Source: Eledone cirrhosa | Lineage: Eukaryota | NCBI GenBank assembly: GCA_964016885.1 | Contig: OZ024744.1 | Coordinates: forward strand, 60,698,001 to 60,762,000 | Reading direction: 5' to 3' | DNA: 64,000 nucleotides | In this document: one piece after another, positions 38,873 to 50,273 of the stretch | How positions within the stretch are numbered: position 1 is the first letter of the stretch | Layout of the letters: each line of letters starts with the position of its first letter | Translations under genes and position numbers: made by a program | Notes under the pieces: generated by a model | Told to the model about the DNA's origin: nothing | What the model saw: the letters and a program-made list of their open reading frames with translations, nothing else | The model's database searches: none

Positions 38873-40907
38873 CTATAGCACCTCTTTGTAGACGATGCGT
38901 ATCATCCCTTGAGGAGAGTAAGCAAAAAGTCCATTCTTGCTCCCTGCGCGGGAACAGGCAACATAAAGTTGGCCATGGGAGAAGCATGGCTCCCCCAAAT
39001 AGATGCCCGCCACCGACAATGTTTGCCCTTGTGACTTGTTAATGGACATGGCAAAACATGGTCTCACCGGGAATTGGGATCGCCGGAAATCGAACGGGAT
39101 ATCTGACGCCGAGGGGAAAAGGTTCATCCTTGGAATGAAAATATTCTCCCCTCTTCCGCACTCCGTTACAATGGTGGCCTCAATCAAGTGGGTGTCAGTG
39201 ACTTGACGACCATGCGAGTACCGTTGCACTGCTTTGGTGGACGCAAGTTCCTTATTAGCATAATGGGACAGCCAACCCTAAGCTTAATAATGTGAGGTGG
39301 GAGCCCTGGGGGCTCAAGGAGATTTAATAACTCAACCAGATAATTAACGATATCGTCGGGGTCTGATTTGAAGATGTGCTCTTTACCGGGAATCTTCTCA
39401 ATCAACTGCTCGTTAATAAAATTAACCATGGTATTTTTCGGAGCAAGGATGGCTGTTTCGCTGAGCCAATCGAGGTTTTTAAAGTTAGATGAGACATTAG
39501 GAAAAACTGCTTCCCAAAGGTCAGAAGGGCTGCTCACAATGTTACACAGGGTGTCGATTGCTATGCCGCGCTTGTCATCCGCAGGGATCTTGCCCTCACC
39601 AAGTGCTAAAATGTTCTGTTCTGCAGACATGTTGTCATCATGCAAATGAGCACGCATATTTGTGCTCAGGTACAAACTATTCACCTGGAGCCACAACATG
39701 GACGACTTAAGACAGGCACGCACTTCATCAGCTCTTGTCCATTTGGGGATGACAGGCAGCGTTTTCCGAAAATCCCCTGATAGCAGAAGGGTTACGCCAC
39801 CCATAGGAGCCGTAGAATCCCTAATGTCTTTCCGGGCCATGTCCAATGCCTCAAGGGCACCCTTGTGTGCCATTGTGCACTCATCCCAAACAATGAGGCA
39901 ACATCTTTTGAGAACCAGAGCTTTGTGTGAACTCTTGCTGATATTGCATGTTGGTGTCTCGGTTTTTACTAAATCCAAAGGGAGTTTAAAGGTTGAATGT
40001 GCTGTCCTTCCTCCCGGCAGCAAAGTAGCAGCGATCCCGGACGATGCAACGGACAACGCAACTTTTTTCTCCTGACGAATCTTAGCGAGAATCAAATTCG
40101 TTACAAAAGTTTTTCCGGTACCCCCAGGAGCGTTTTTTATTGGGGGGGGGGGGGGGGGGGGGATCAGCGTTTTTTTTTTTTTACCTTGAGGTATAACCAG
40201 TCAGTAGTTCCTTCAAAGGCTCTGGCGGTTCCGTAAGAGGGGCAAGGTGACCTTACCGTTTAAGCAGCACATTGCAGGTGGCTCCCCAGCCCACTTTGTA
40301 GCATTGCAGAATTGGCAATTGAAGCGCATCTCGCCTATATTTATGTCAGAGCGCATCGAGTAATTAACGTTTTGCTCATACTTGAAAGCCCGTAGGTGCC
40401 AGTAAGGGCTGTTGGGGCTCGTCACACCGCGTGCAGCTTCTCGCCGTCGACTGTTACGCTTGAACGTAGAACATTGGTCGTGTGGTTGGTGGGAAGGTCT
40501 GGCAGCAATAGCAGAAGCAACATTTGCAATGCTAATGGACCGCCCGTCTGCATCTTCAGAAGCCATGGAAGTAGTCATAGCCGCAGCGTTCGTAGGAAGG
40601 CGAGCCGTCCGTTGTTTTAAACGTTCCAAAGACCTGAAAGCAGCATTAGTCACATCGTTTCTAGCCAGGCGCTTCGACCTTTGTTCACAGCTCTCTGAAG
40701 CCCTGGAAAAAGCCTGGTATGAAGCCATTTTGGCTAGGCGTGCGGTGCGTTGTTGGAAACTTTCAGCGGCTCGACATTCTGCTGAACGTAAGGCTGTCTG
40801 TGAAAGTCTTGAAGCATTTCCTCAGAGGACTCGTTTGCTATAGTAGCCTTTTGCGCCACTGCTGACGCGGTATGTCGACTGAGGCGACTTCTCTTTTTAG
40901 GTGGCAT
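38873..40907 (-). pseudogene. Helitron RepHel remnant: N-terminal STPR-like repeats and Zn motif joined to Pif1 helicase
   Basis: MPPKKRSRL..., CQFC..KWAGE..MCCLNGKV; VASSGIAATLLPGGRTAHSTFK, IVWDECTM, GDFRKTLPV, FAMSINKSQGQTL, FSHGQLYVACSR; frameshifts. Confidence 0.9.
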
Positions 40908-41129
40908 TTTATGTCCAAAAGAAAGGGTGAAAGTTACTTCTACAAAAAATTGACTTTGAAAGTCTACTGTCTGTTTATGAATATTGTTATTGTTGTTGTA
41001 ATACAAATGTTAGTAAGTAAATGGGTATCGAAAAATAAAGGGTGAATGTTACTTCAACATAAAAATTGACTTTGAAAGTATAAGGCTGATAATTGAATGT
41101 AAACAGATTGATAAGAAAGGCCCCCTAAA

Positions 41130-41464
41130 AAATTTTACAGGTATTTGTATGTATGTGTGTATTTTTATGTCGAAAAGAAAGGGTTAAAGTTACTTCTACA
41201 GAAAAATTTAGTTTGAAAGTGTAAGGCCGATGTGTGTGTAAATTAAGTGACAGGTATTTGTATGTATGTGTGTATTTTTATGTCGAAAAGAAAGGGTTAA
41301 AGTTACTTCTACAGAAAAATTTAGTTTGAAAGTGTAAGGCCGATGTGTGTGTAAATTAAGTGACAGGTATTTGTATGTATGTGTGTATATGTATGTATGT
41401 GTGTATGAAAGTGTAAGGCCGATGTGTGTGTAAATTAAGTGACAGGTATTTGTATGTATGTGTG

Positions 41465-41480
<16 letters not shown>
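41130..41480. repeat. Tandem repeats (about 120 bp) in the Helitron 1 5' region
   Basis: ACAGGTATTTGTATGTATGTGTG...GAAAGTGTAAGGCCGATGTGTGTGTAAATTAAGTG repeated; related block at 42745-42930. Confidence 0.85.
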
Positions 41481-41496
<16 letters not shown>

Positions 41497-41515
41497 TGTA
41501 TGTATGTATGTATGT

Positions 41516-41980
41516 GATATTTACCAAAAAGAAGAACAAGTCAACATCATTGGATACCATCAGGGTTTCAGGTGTTATATCAGAGTTTTCCTTCTCCTAG
41601 AATTCTGCATTGACAAAGGCTAAGGGGTAATCTCTCCCGGTGATTTTGGATGGTCATTGACTCTTAAGAGCTCCTTTGCCCTTTGACAGGTTTTCTTGGT
41701 TAAGAGAGTGGGACTGGCTTTGTGCAGTGCCTTTGCTCACTATAAAAGCTTCACGACACAGGCATTGCTTTATATCTGGAGATCTCTCTGCATTTGTCGT
41801 CACATGGTACCATGGGCCCAGCACTATGTGTCAATAATTGTCACAAGTGTAGTGTTTGTACCAGAGCTTTCAAGTCACTGGCTGGACTAAAATGTCACAC
41901 TCGTTCAGCGCATCGGTAGGGGTTCTCCTACATGGATATAAAGTAGTGGCCGTACTCGAAAATGAGTTGGCAGCCACCAT
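41516..41980 (+). mobile_element. RTE-derived short retroposon with 5' inversion, inserted in (ATGT)n
   Basis: 41516-41696 is the reverse complement of about 42207-42388; the rest is collinear with 42388-42665. Confidence 0.8.
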
Positions 41981-42065
41981 GTATGTATGTATGTATGTAT
42001 GTATGTATGTATGTATGTATGTATGTATGTATGTATGTATGTATGTATGTATGTATGTATGTATG

Positions 42066-42665
42066 TCAGGTCACCAGTTGGTGCTACTGGTAACATGTAT
42101 CCCAGTACAACCTGTCTCATGGTCGGGTCGTTGGCGACTAAACTGGCAACCCCACCAAGGTTTCTTGGTGAGGAGGGTGACTTTGGATATCCTGCAGGAC
42201 TAAAAACAAAACCTGTCAAAGGGCAAAGGAGCTCTTAAGGGTCAATGGCCATCCAAAATCATCGGGAGAGATGATCCCTTAGCCTTTGTCAAGGCAGAAT
42301 TCTAGGAGAAGGAATACTCTGATATAACACCTGCAACCCTGATGGTATCCAATGATGTTGACTTGTTCTTCTTTTTGGTAAATATCATCTTGGTTAATAG
42401 AGTGGGACTGGCTTCGTGCAGTACCTTTACTCACTATAAAAGCTTCACGGCACAGGCATTGCTTTATATCTGGAGATCTCTCTGCACTTGTCGTCACATG
42501 ATACCAGCACTATGTGTCAATAATTGTCACAAGTGTAGTGTTTGTACCAGAGTTTTCAAGTCGCTGGCTGGACTAAAAAGTCACACTCGTTCAGTGCATC
42601 GGTAGGGTTCTCCTACATGGATATAAAGTAGTGGCCGTACTCGAAAACGAGTTGGCAGCCACCAT
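42066..42665 (+). mobile_element. RTE-derived bipartite short retroposon (about 600 bp) in (ATGT)n
   Basis: The 3' part encodes the RTE C-terminal Zn finger CSVCTRVFKSLAGLKSHTRSVH; (ATGT)n on both sides. Confidence 0.8.
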
Positions 42666-43940
42666 GTATGTATGTATGTATGTATGTATGTATGTATGTA
42701 TGTATGTATGTATGTATGTATGTATGTATGTATGTATGTATTAAAGGTTGAAAGTTACTTCAACATAAAAATTGACTTTGAAAGTATAAGGCTGATAATT
42801 GAATGTAAAAAGATTGATAAGAAAGGCTCCCCAAAAAACTTTACAGGTCTTTGTATGTATGTGTGTATTTTTATGTCGAAAATAAAGGGTTAAAGTTACT
42901 TATACAGAAAAATATAGTTTGAAAGTGTAAGTTTAGTAAATGAAAGTCAGCTTCGAAATGGAGTTTGAACGTGCTAATACAAACACACACACATATATCC
43001 GTCTTTTAGTGTGCCTGTTTGTTTCTCTCTCCCTCTTTATCATTATATCCCTCTTTATCATTATATGCTATTGTTATTTCTAAAACAAACTGTGTATCCG
43101 TTGATTGATTGAAATTCCCGCGTTCCTGTTTCTATGACGTCAATCGTAACCATACCAACATATATGTGTGTGTATGCACCCACATATATGTGTGTATATG
43201 TTTTTTTTCAATGTTTCTCTTTTTCACAAACACTTATAAGAGAAGGTACCAATTTTAAGGGGAGGTGATGAAGGAAGTAGATATAGGAAACGTATATCAT
43301 ATGAGAGAGGAGAAATCATCGATTGTTGAAATAAATCGATTTTTCCGTAATTGTGGCATTTTTTACCCAATAAGTTCGCCCATGACCCAAGTTAGAATAT
43401 TTGTAAACATTCTGCTTAATTATTCATTCAATATTTTTGGAACTGTGTAAATGTATAAAATTGAAACATACATACAGACACAAAAATCTGCCTTTTATAG
43501 ATAATGATAACCAGCAATTTCTCTGTCTGTCTGTCCGACAGTGGAAACACGTGCGCGTGTGGTTGCTATCTCTCTCTCCAGATATCCCTCTCTTTTAGTC
43601 TGTCTGTTTCTCTCACTCTTTCTCTTTGTAACACACTAACATTCCTCCCCTCTATCGCTGTGACGAATGGGGAGATGGAGGAGGAGGAGGAGGAGGAGAG
43701 AGTCACTTCGTCACTTCACCTCTGCCTTTCTTTCTCTCCCCTCCCACTCCCTCATTACGTACAGACATTAGGGCGGTGGATTGGCAGAATCTGTAGAGAG
43801 TCGGACACCATGCTTCATAGCATGGAGTTACGTCCCTTTAGGGTCTGAGTTCAAATACCGCCGAGGTTAACTTTGCCTTTCATCCTCACGGGGTCGATAA
43901 AATAAAGTACCAGTAATGTACTGGATAATTGCTGGCCTTG

Positions 43941-44581
43941 TCTGTATATATATAAAATTAAGTATGTGTGTGTCTGTGTATTACCTATAGGGGCCTACAT
44001 CTTACGACCGATTTTCATGAAACATTACAGGCTCATAGATTACTCATCGGGGAGTGTTTTCTATATTCAGCGTATCGTTTTTTTTTTATTCCGGGGTCAT
44101 TCTGCAGATAAAAATCGATAGGGGGAGGGGGGTCACCTTTTTTTAGGTATCGAAAAATAAGATTTTTGGCTCTAGCTCCCACATTTTGCCACCGATTTCG
44201 TTAAAGCAAAATATAATTTATCATTGTACATCCTGTAATGGCTTTATATTTTGCATTTGTTGTTCAGAGACGGCGTGGCAGCCGCTTAAATATTCAAAAA
44301 TACCACTTTTAGACTCAAATTTCCACTTTTTCGGCTCTAGCTCCCACATTAATCAACCTACTTTGTTCAAATTTTACACTACGCTAGATCTGATTATTTC
44401 ACGTCTTAAAGTGGCTTTACATTTGGGATTTTTTGTTCAGGAACGGCGTGGCAGTCGCTTAAATATTCGAAAATACCACCCTCCCCCGCATGGCCTGTGT
44501 GTGGCCATAGATGAGTCATCAAGAAGCAGTCGCTAAGATCAACACCTTTTCATCAAAGCAGATATTATTTTACCTACCTAG
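43941..44581 (+). mobile_element. Putative non-autonomous Helitron
   Basis: Starts TCTGTATATATATAAAATT, ends CTAG; Helitron-like 5' end (..GTGTGTGTCTGTG, CCGATTTTCATGAAA); no clear 3' hairpin. Confidence 0.55.
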
Positions 44582-45433
44582 TCTATATATATATAAAACT
44601 GAAGATGTCTGTCTGTGTGTGTGTGAGTTTGAATCCCTTAAAGTCAAGAAGCACCCAACCGGCTGTTTTCAAACTTTACACATGTAATACTTATACCGCA
44701 TTAGGCGATTTAGCGATCTCTCTCTATAATTCTTAGTCTTTTTCTTTTTAGATAGATACATACATATAACGTCGCGCCCTTATTATATCTGTCTGTATGT
44801 CTGACTGTCTGCATTACGTCACTTCCCTGAGGATGTGTGTGTGTGTGTGTGTGTGTGTCTGTGAGTTTGAATCCCTAAAACTCGAGAAGTACCCAACCGA
44901 CTTTTTTCAAACTTTACATGTGTATTACTTATTTTTCAGGGAGTGTTATGCACATTCAACTTTTTCATCCCCTAGGGCCCGCATTAGGTGAAAAACTGCG
45001 TTTTTTCCGGTTTTTACGGGTTTTTTTAGGCGTTACGTCAGACTGATTTCCTTGAAATTGTAACTATGTATTAGTCAGTCTCTTCTTCATACCGTGAGCA
45101 AAGAAAATCCAACTTCTTTATGGCCTAGGGCCGGCATTAGGTGGAAAACTTCATTTTTTTCAGCTTTTTAGGGCTTCGATTTTCCCGAAATTTCAAGGCA
45201 TATTATGCACATAAACAAATTCATTTTCTTGATCCCCTAGGGCCCACATTAGGTGAAAACCTGCATTTTTCTTGCTTCATCGAGGAAAATCTTAAAGATT
45301 ATCCAGCCATCAGAGTATTCGGTTTATTTTCTTTACATATTGTCCAGGCTTGCAATTTTTTCCACGATTAGGTCTGTTGGCAGCCCGCGTTCCAAAATAC
45401 CTTATCCCTTGCAACGCCGGGTACCACTGCTAG
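44582..45433 (+). mobile_element. Non-autonomous Helitron
   Basis: TCTATATATATAAAACTGAAGATG ... CCCTTGCAACGCCGGG-N9-CTAG|T. Confidence 0.85.
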
Positions 45434-45557
45434 TATAATATAAAAACAATCAACTAATGGCATGAATTCCCTTTGTTTTTATTTCAGACTGTCACCACTG
45501 CTAACACTATTATCACTGTTCTATTTTTGTCATGTTTATAGTTAACATATATCAACC

Positions 45558-45632
<75 letters not shown>

Positions 45633-46280
45633 ATTGTAATCTGGGTTTATGTTCGCATGCCAACACAAGAGCAAGAATGAAGGGTTCATTCTACTGACAT
45701 GGTTATAAAATTGAGGCTTGTTTGCATAATTGCAAACGAATCGAATGTTAACTTTACCTTTCATCCTTACGGGGTCGATAAAATAAAGTACCAGTAATGC
45801 ACTGGGTAATTGCTGGCCTTGTGCCTAAAGTAGAAAGAATTATTAATATTCGAAAAACTCAGATTACATTTATTGTATTTAGCCATGTAGAGCGAAAAAA
45901 GTTTTCTTTTTTATTTGAATTTGGCAAAGCCGGCCATTTATTGCTCGTATACAGGAAACTGACTCGCCAATCTGCTGATATGCAAATCTGGCTGATCAGT
46001 GGATCTGATAATGTGCCGATCTGACCGATCAGCCAGTTTGCTAATATGCAAATCAAGCCGATTAGTCACTGTGTATTTTTGAAAATAGCATGTATTTTCA
46101 CTGGCTCTGACAGTTTGGCAGGTTAACAATGAGCTGTACTGATGAAGTGTGATACCCGGAAACATTAGTGTCTGCAGTTCTGTTCACATGCCAACAAAAG
46201 AGAAAGAATGAAGTGTTCATTCTACTACATGTTTTTAAAATTGAAGCTTGTTTGCATAATTGCTAACGAATCGAATGATA

Positions 46281-46347
46281 TATATTTTATCTGATGAAAA
46301 CGTACTGAAACACCATTGTACATTTGAAATATGTATAATAAAATATA
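46281..46347 (+). ncRNA. Type I hammerhead (family B)
   Basis: tatattttat-CTGATGA-aaacgtac..gtacattt-GAAA-tatgta-TA-ataaaatata; duplicate at 49779-49845. Confidence 0.7.
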
Positions 46348-46393
46348 TACTTTGGTTATGATATTTCTCATTTATTAATATTTTGAATAATAT

Positions 46394-46427
<34 letters not shown>

Positions 46428-46834
46428 CGATGGTACATTTGTAAGTGCATATACACGCATTTATACACATCCCCTTACTATATTTCTTTATTTTTATTTT
46501 TATACATCTCTTGTATTATTACTTTTATTTATTATTATATACATATATATATATATATATTTGCCTTGTCTTATGACATTTCTTGTATTCGTATTATTCG
46601 GGAAACCTCTGGTAATGAGGTATACTGTATTGTTTATTATACATTAAATATTTAGCTCTGTAACTTACATAGAGCACTCTTCATTCCTATGACTTTTTCA
46701 ATTTTCAACGGAAACTTCAATACATATATATATGTAGAAGTTGTATTTAATCTGTTGGAAGTCCGACAAACATAAATGTTTATAACTGATTTAGAGCACT
46801 CAACAAGTTACTGGAGTAAATATTCCATGATATT

Positions 46835-47142
46835 AAATAAACACGGACACCCGGATGTAACACATGTGCAAACTAAGCACACAACACACACAAAAACAAG
46901 ATGCCGTAGGACAGAACAAAGGAGAGACACAAAACAAAGAAAAGAATCCCCCGTCACTGATGAGGTCACAGAATGTGTGACGAAAGAACTTTGACAATAT
47001 ATGAACAACCGTCCGTTCTGGAACCAACCAGCCAACCAACCGGAAATTTATAAAAAAATTTTTAAATTTATAATAAATTGGAGTGAAAGCAACTGGTGCG
47101 TGTGTTTCTTATTGGCAACATGACCCTCCCAAAGTATAACAA
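46835..47142 (+). mobile_element. PLE family A solo partial pLTR (hammerhead 46953-46995)
   Basis: Homologous to 29510-29830; ends at GTATAACAAT-(AT)n. Confidence 0.85.
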
Positions 47143-47484
47143 TATATATATATATATATATATGCATGTGTGTATATATAGATTTTACGTTATTATTGAG
47201 TACAGGTGTGAGTGTGCGCTTGTGTGTGCTCATATGTGAGCAAAAGATCATACGTTTATGTGTGTGTTCGTATTTCCATGTAGATGCACATACACTTATA
47301 TGAGAATGTATACGTTTACGTACTATTACGTATAAGCGTATGTTTGAGTGTGTGTATGATTATGTTCTAGATATTTATTTATATATTTTTTCCCCTCAAT
47401 TTTTGACAGTTATTTGATTTCACCCTCACTTTCATATTTCCTAAACTTTGTTTTCAAATCCATATTTAATAAACATTCCATGTT

Positions 47485-47548
47485 ATTCATTCTGACGACT
47501 GAAGACAGATATAAATATCTGTCTTCAAGAAACCACTGGTAAATGAAT
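47485..47548 (+). ncRNA. Type I hammerhead ribozyme
   Basis: attcatt-CTGACGA-c-tgaagacagatat-aa-atatctgtcttca-a-GAAACC-act-GGTA-aatgaat; 7-bp stem I, 13-bp stem II. Confidence 0.85.
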
Positions 47549-47653
47549 TAATTATCTTATGTTGTTTATTACATAACTAAAAAGCTCTGTAGCATACATA
47601 GAGCACTCTCTTTTCCTTTACCTTTCCTACGGAAATACTTCATTTAAATATAT

Positions 47654-47849
47654 ATAGGAAAATGTATGACCCCGACGGCAGAGCTCAAGCCGTTTCGACG
47701 GCTATTTCTGGACTCCATAAATAGCCGTCGAAACGGCTTGAGCTCTGTCGTCGGGGTCATACATTTTCCTATTACCCACTCTACTACCCTAAGTATTGAG
47801 TACTCTGGTGCGTTATGGTCCATCTGGTTCCTTACCACAACTCCTTCGT

Positions 47850-47850
<1 letters not shown>
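47654..47850 (+). repeat. Family C element with fold-back palindrome (47654-47772)
   Basis: About 54-bp arms around loop CTGGACTCCAT; TA on both sides. Confidence 0.85.
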
Positions 47851-47912
<62 letters not shown>

Positions 47913-47988
47913 TGTGTGTGTGTGTGTGTAAATAAAATTCCCACACACACGCGTCACATAAACCAAAACCAGTCCTCACAATTATATA

Positions 47989-48755
47989 TCTATATATATA
48001 AAACTGAAGATGTCTGTCTGTGTGTGTGTGAGTTTGAATCCCTTAAAGTCAAGAAGCACCCAACCGACTGTTTTCAAACTTTACACATGTAATACTTATG
48101 TTTCAGGGAGTGTTCTGAGCAAAATAAATTTCAAATTTTCAATGCCCTAGGGACCGCATTAGGCGATTTAGCGATCTCTCTCTATAATTCTTAGTCTTTT
48201 TCTTTTTAGATAGATACATACATATAACGTCACGCCCTTATAATATCTGTCTGTATGTCTGACTGTCTGCATTACGTCACTTCCATGAGGATGTTTGTCT
48301 GTGTGTGTGTGTGTGTGTGTCTGTGAGTTTGAATCCCTAAAACTCGAGAAGTACCCAACCGACTTTTTTCAAACTTTACATGTGTATTACTTATTTTTCA
48401 GGGAGTGTTATGCACATTCAACTTTTTAATCCCCTAGGGCCCGCATTAGGTGAAAAACTGCGTTTTTTTCAGATTTTTAGGTTTTTTTTAGGCGTTACGT
48501 CAGACTGATTTCCTTGAAATTGTAACTATGTATTAGTCAGTCTCTTCTTCATACCGTGAGCAAAGAAAATCCAACTTCTTTATGGCCTAGGGCCGGCATT
48601 AGGTGGAAAACTTCATTTTTTCAGCTTTTTAGGGCTTCGATTTTCCCGAAATTTCAAGGCATATTATGCACATAAAAAAAATTCATTTTCTTGATCCCTT
48701 AGGGCCCACATTAGGTGAAAACCTTATCCCGTGCAACGCCGGGTACCACTGCTAG
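47989..48755 (+). mobile_element. Non-autonomous Helitron (second copy)
   Basis: A|TC start; CCCGTGCAACGCCGGG hairpin and CTAG|T end. Confidence 0.85.
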
Positions 48756-48879
48756 TATAATATAAAAACAATCAACTAATGGCATGAATTCCCTTTGTTT
48801 TTATTTCAGACTGTCACCACTGCTAACACTATTATCACTGTTCTATTTTTGTCATGTTTATAGTTAACAAATATCAACC

Positions 48880-48966
<87 letters not shown>

Positions 48967-49925
48967 ATTGTAATCTGGGTTTATGTTCGCATGCCAACAC
49001 AAGAGCAAGAATGAAGGGTTCATTCTACTGACATGGTTATAAAATTGAGGCTTGTTTGCATAATTGCAAACGAATCGAATGTTAACTTTGCCTTTCATCC
49101 TTACGGGGTCGATTGCTGGCCTTGTGCCTAACGTAGAAACAATTATGATTATTTGGTGGCTTGGCAGTGTCAGTAGAGGGTCGGACGCCATGCTTTCCAG
49201 CATAGTTACGTCCCTTTACGAACTGAGTTCAAATCCTGTCGAGGTCGACTTTACCTTTCATCCTTACGGGGTCGATAAAATAAAGTACCAGTAATGTACT
49301 GAGTAATTGCTGGCCTTGTGCCTAATGTAGAAAGAATTATTAATATTCGAAAAACTCAGATTACATTTATTGTATTTAGCCATGTAGAGCGAAAAAAGTT
49401 TTCTTTTTTATTTGAATTTGGCAAAGCCGGCCATTTATTGCTCGTATACAGGAAACTGACTCGCCAATCTGCTGATATGCAAATCTGGCTGATCAGTGGA
49501 TCTGATAATGTGCCGATCTGACCGATCAGCCAGTTTGCTAATATGCAAATCAAGCCGATTAGTCACTGTGTATTTTTGAAAATAGCATGTATTTTCACTA
49601 GCTCTGACAGTTTGGCAGGTTAACAATGAGCTGTACTGATGAAGTGTGATACCCGGAAACATTAATGTCTGCAGTTCTGTTCACATGCCAACACAAGAGC
49701 AAGAATGACGTGTTCATTCTACTGACATGGCTATAAAATTGAAGCTTGTTTGCATAATTGCTAAAGAATCGAATGTTATATATTTTATCTGATGAAAACG
49801 TACTGAAACACCATTGTACATTTGAAATATGTATAATAAAATATATACTTTGGTTATGATATTTCTCATTTATTAATATTTTGAATAATATTATATATAT
49901 ATATGTCCGTGTGTGTCTGATGGTA
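47989..49925 (+). repeat. Duplicate of 44582-46434 (Helitron plus about 1 kb of 3' flank)
   Basis: Collinear high identity with indels, extending to GATGGTA. Confidence 0.9.
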
Positions 49926-50273
49926 GCTAAGGTGCTTCCATAGGCGGTATGCCGGTTAAGCACTCTATGCTCTTACAGAGCAGAGTATGATATAATATAA
50001 AACGAAAAGTCAGTGATGCGTCACTGATTTTTCGTTTTACATTATATATATATATTTATATTATATATATATATATATACATATTTATATTATACTAGCA
50101 GAAGTGCCCGGCGTTGCTCGGAGTTTAATTGCTTTAAAGTACTTTTAATGATTCCACTCAATTATGAATATTGAGGCATTGAAAGTAAATACGGGTAAGT
50201 TTGAAAATATACAACAATGGCATCTACTCTATATGTCAGACCGGCAAGACTGCAGTGGTGCTGAATAGAGGAG

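Larger units (their letters stand above)
38559..43501 (-). mobile_element. Helitron 1 (internally deleted; Rep domain missing)
   Basis: Minus strand A|TCTATAAAAGG at 43501 ... hairpin CCCGAGCAACGCCGGG, then CTAG|T at 38559; encodes Pif1 helicase. Confidence 0.9.

Noticed and set aside
39184-40095. Host PIF1 helicase gene
   Set aside because: Intronless, frameshifted and enclosed by Helitron TC/CTAG termini.
42066-42150. HDV-like ribozyme call
   Set aside because: P2-, P4- and J4/2-like pieces are visible, but no convincing P1/P1.1 could be assigned by eye; kept only as a test suggestion.
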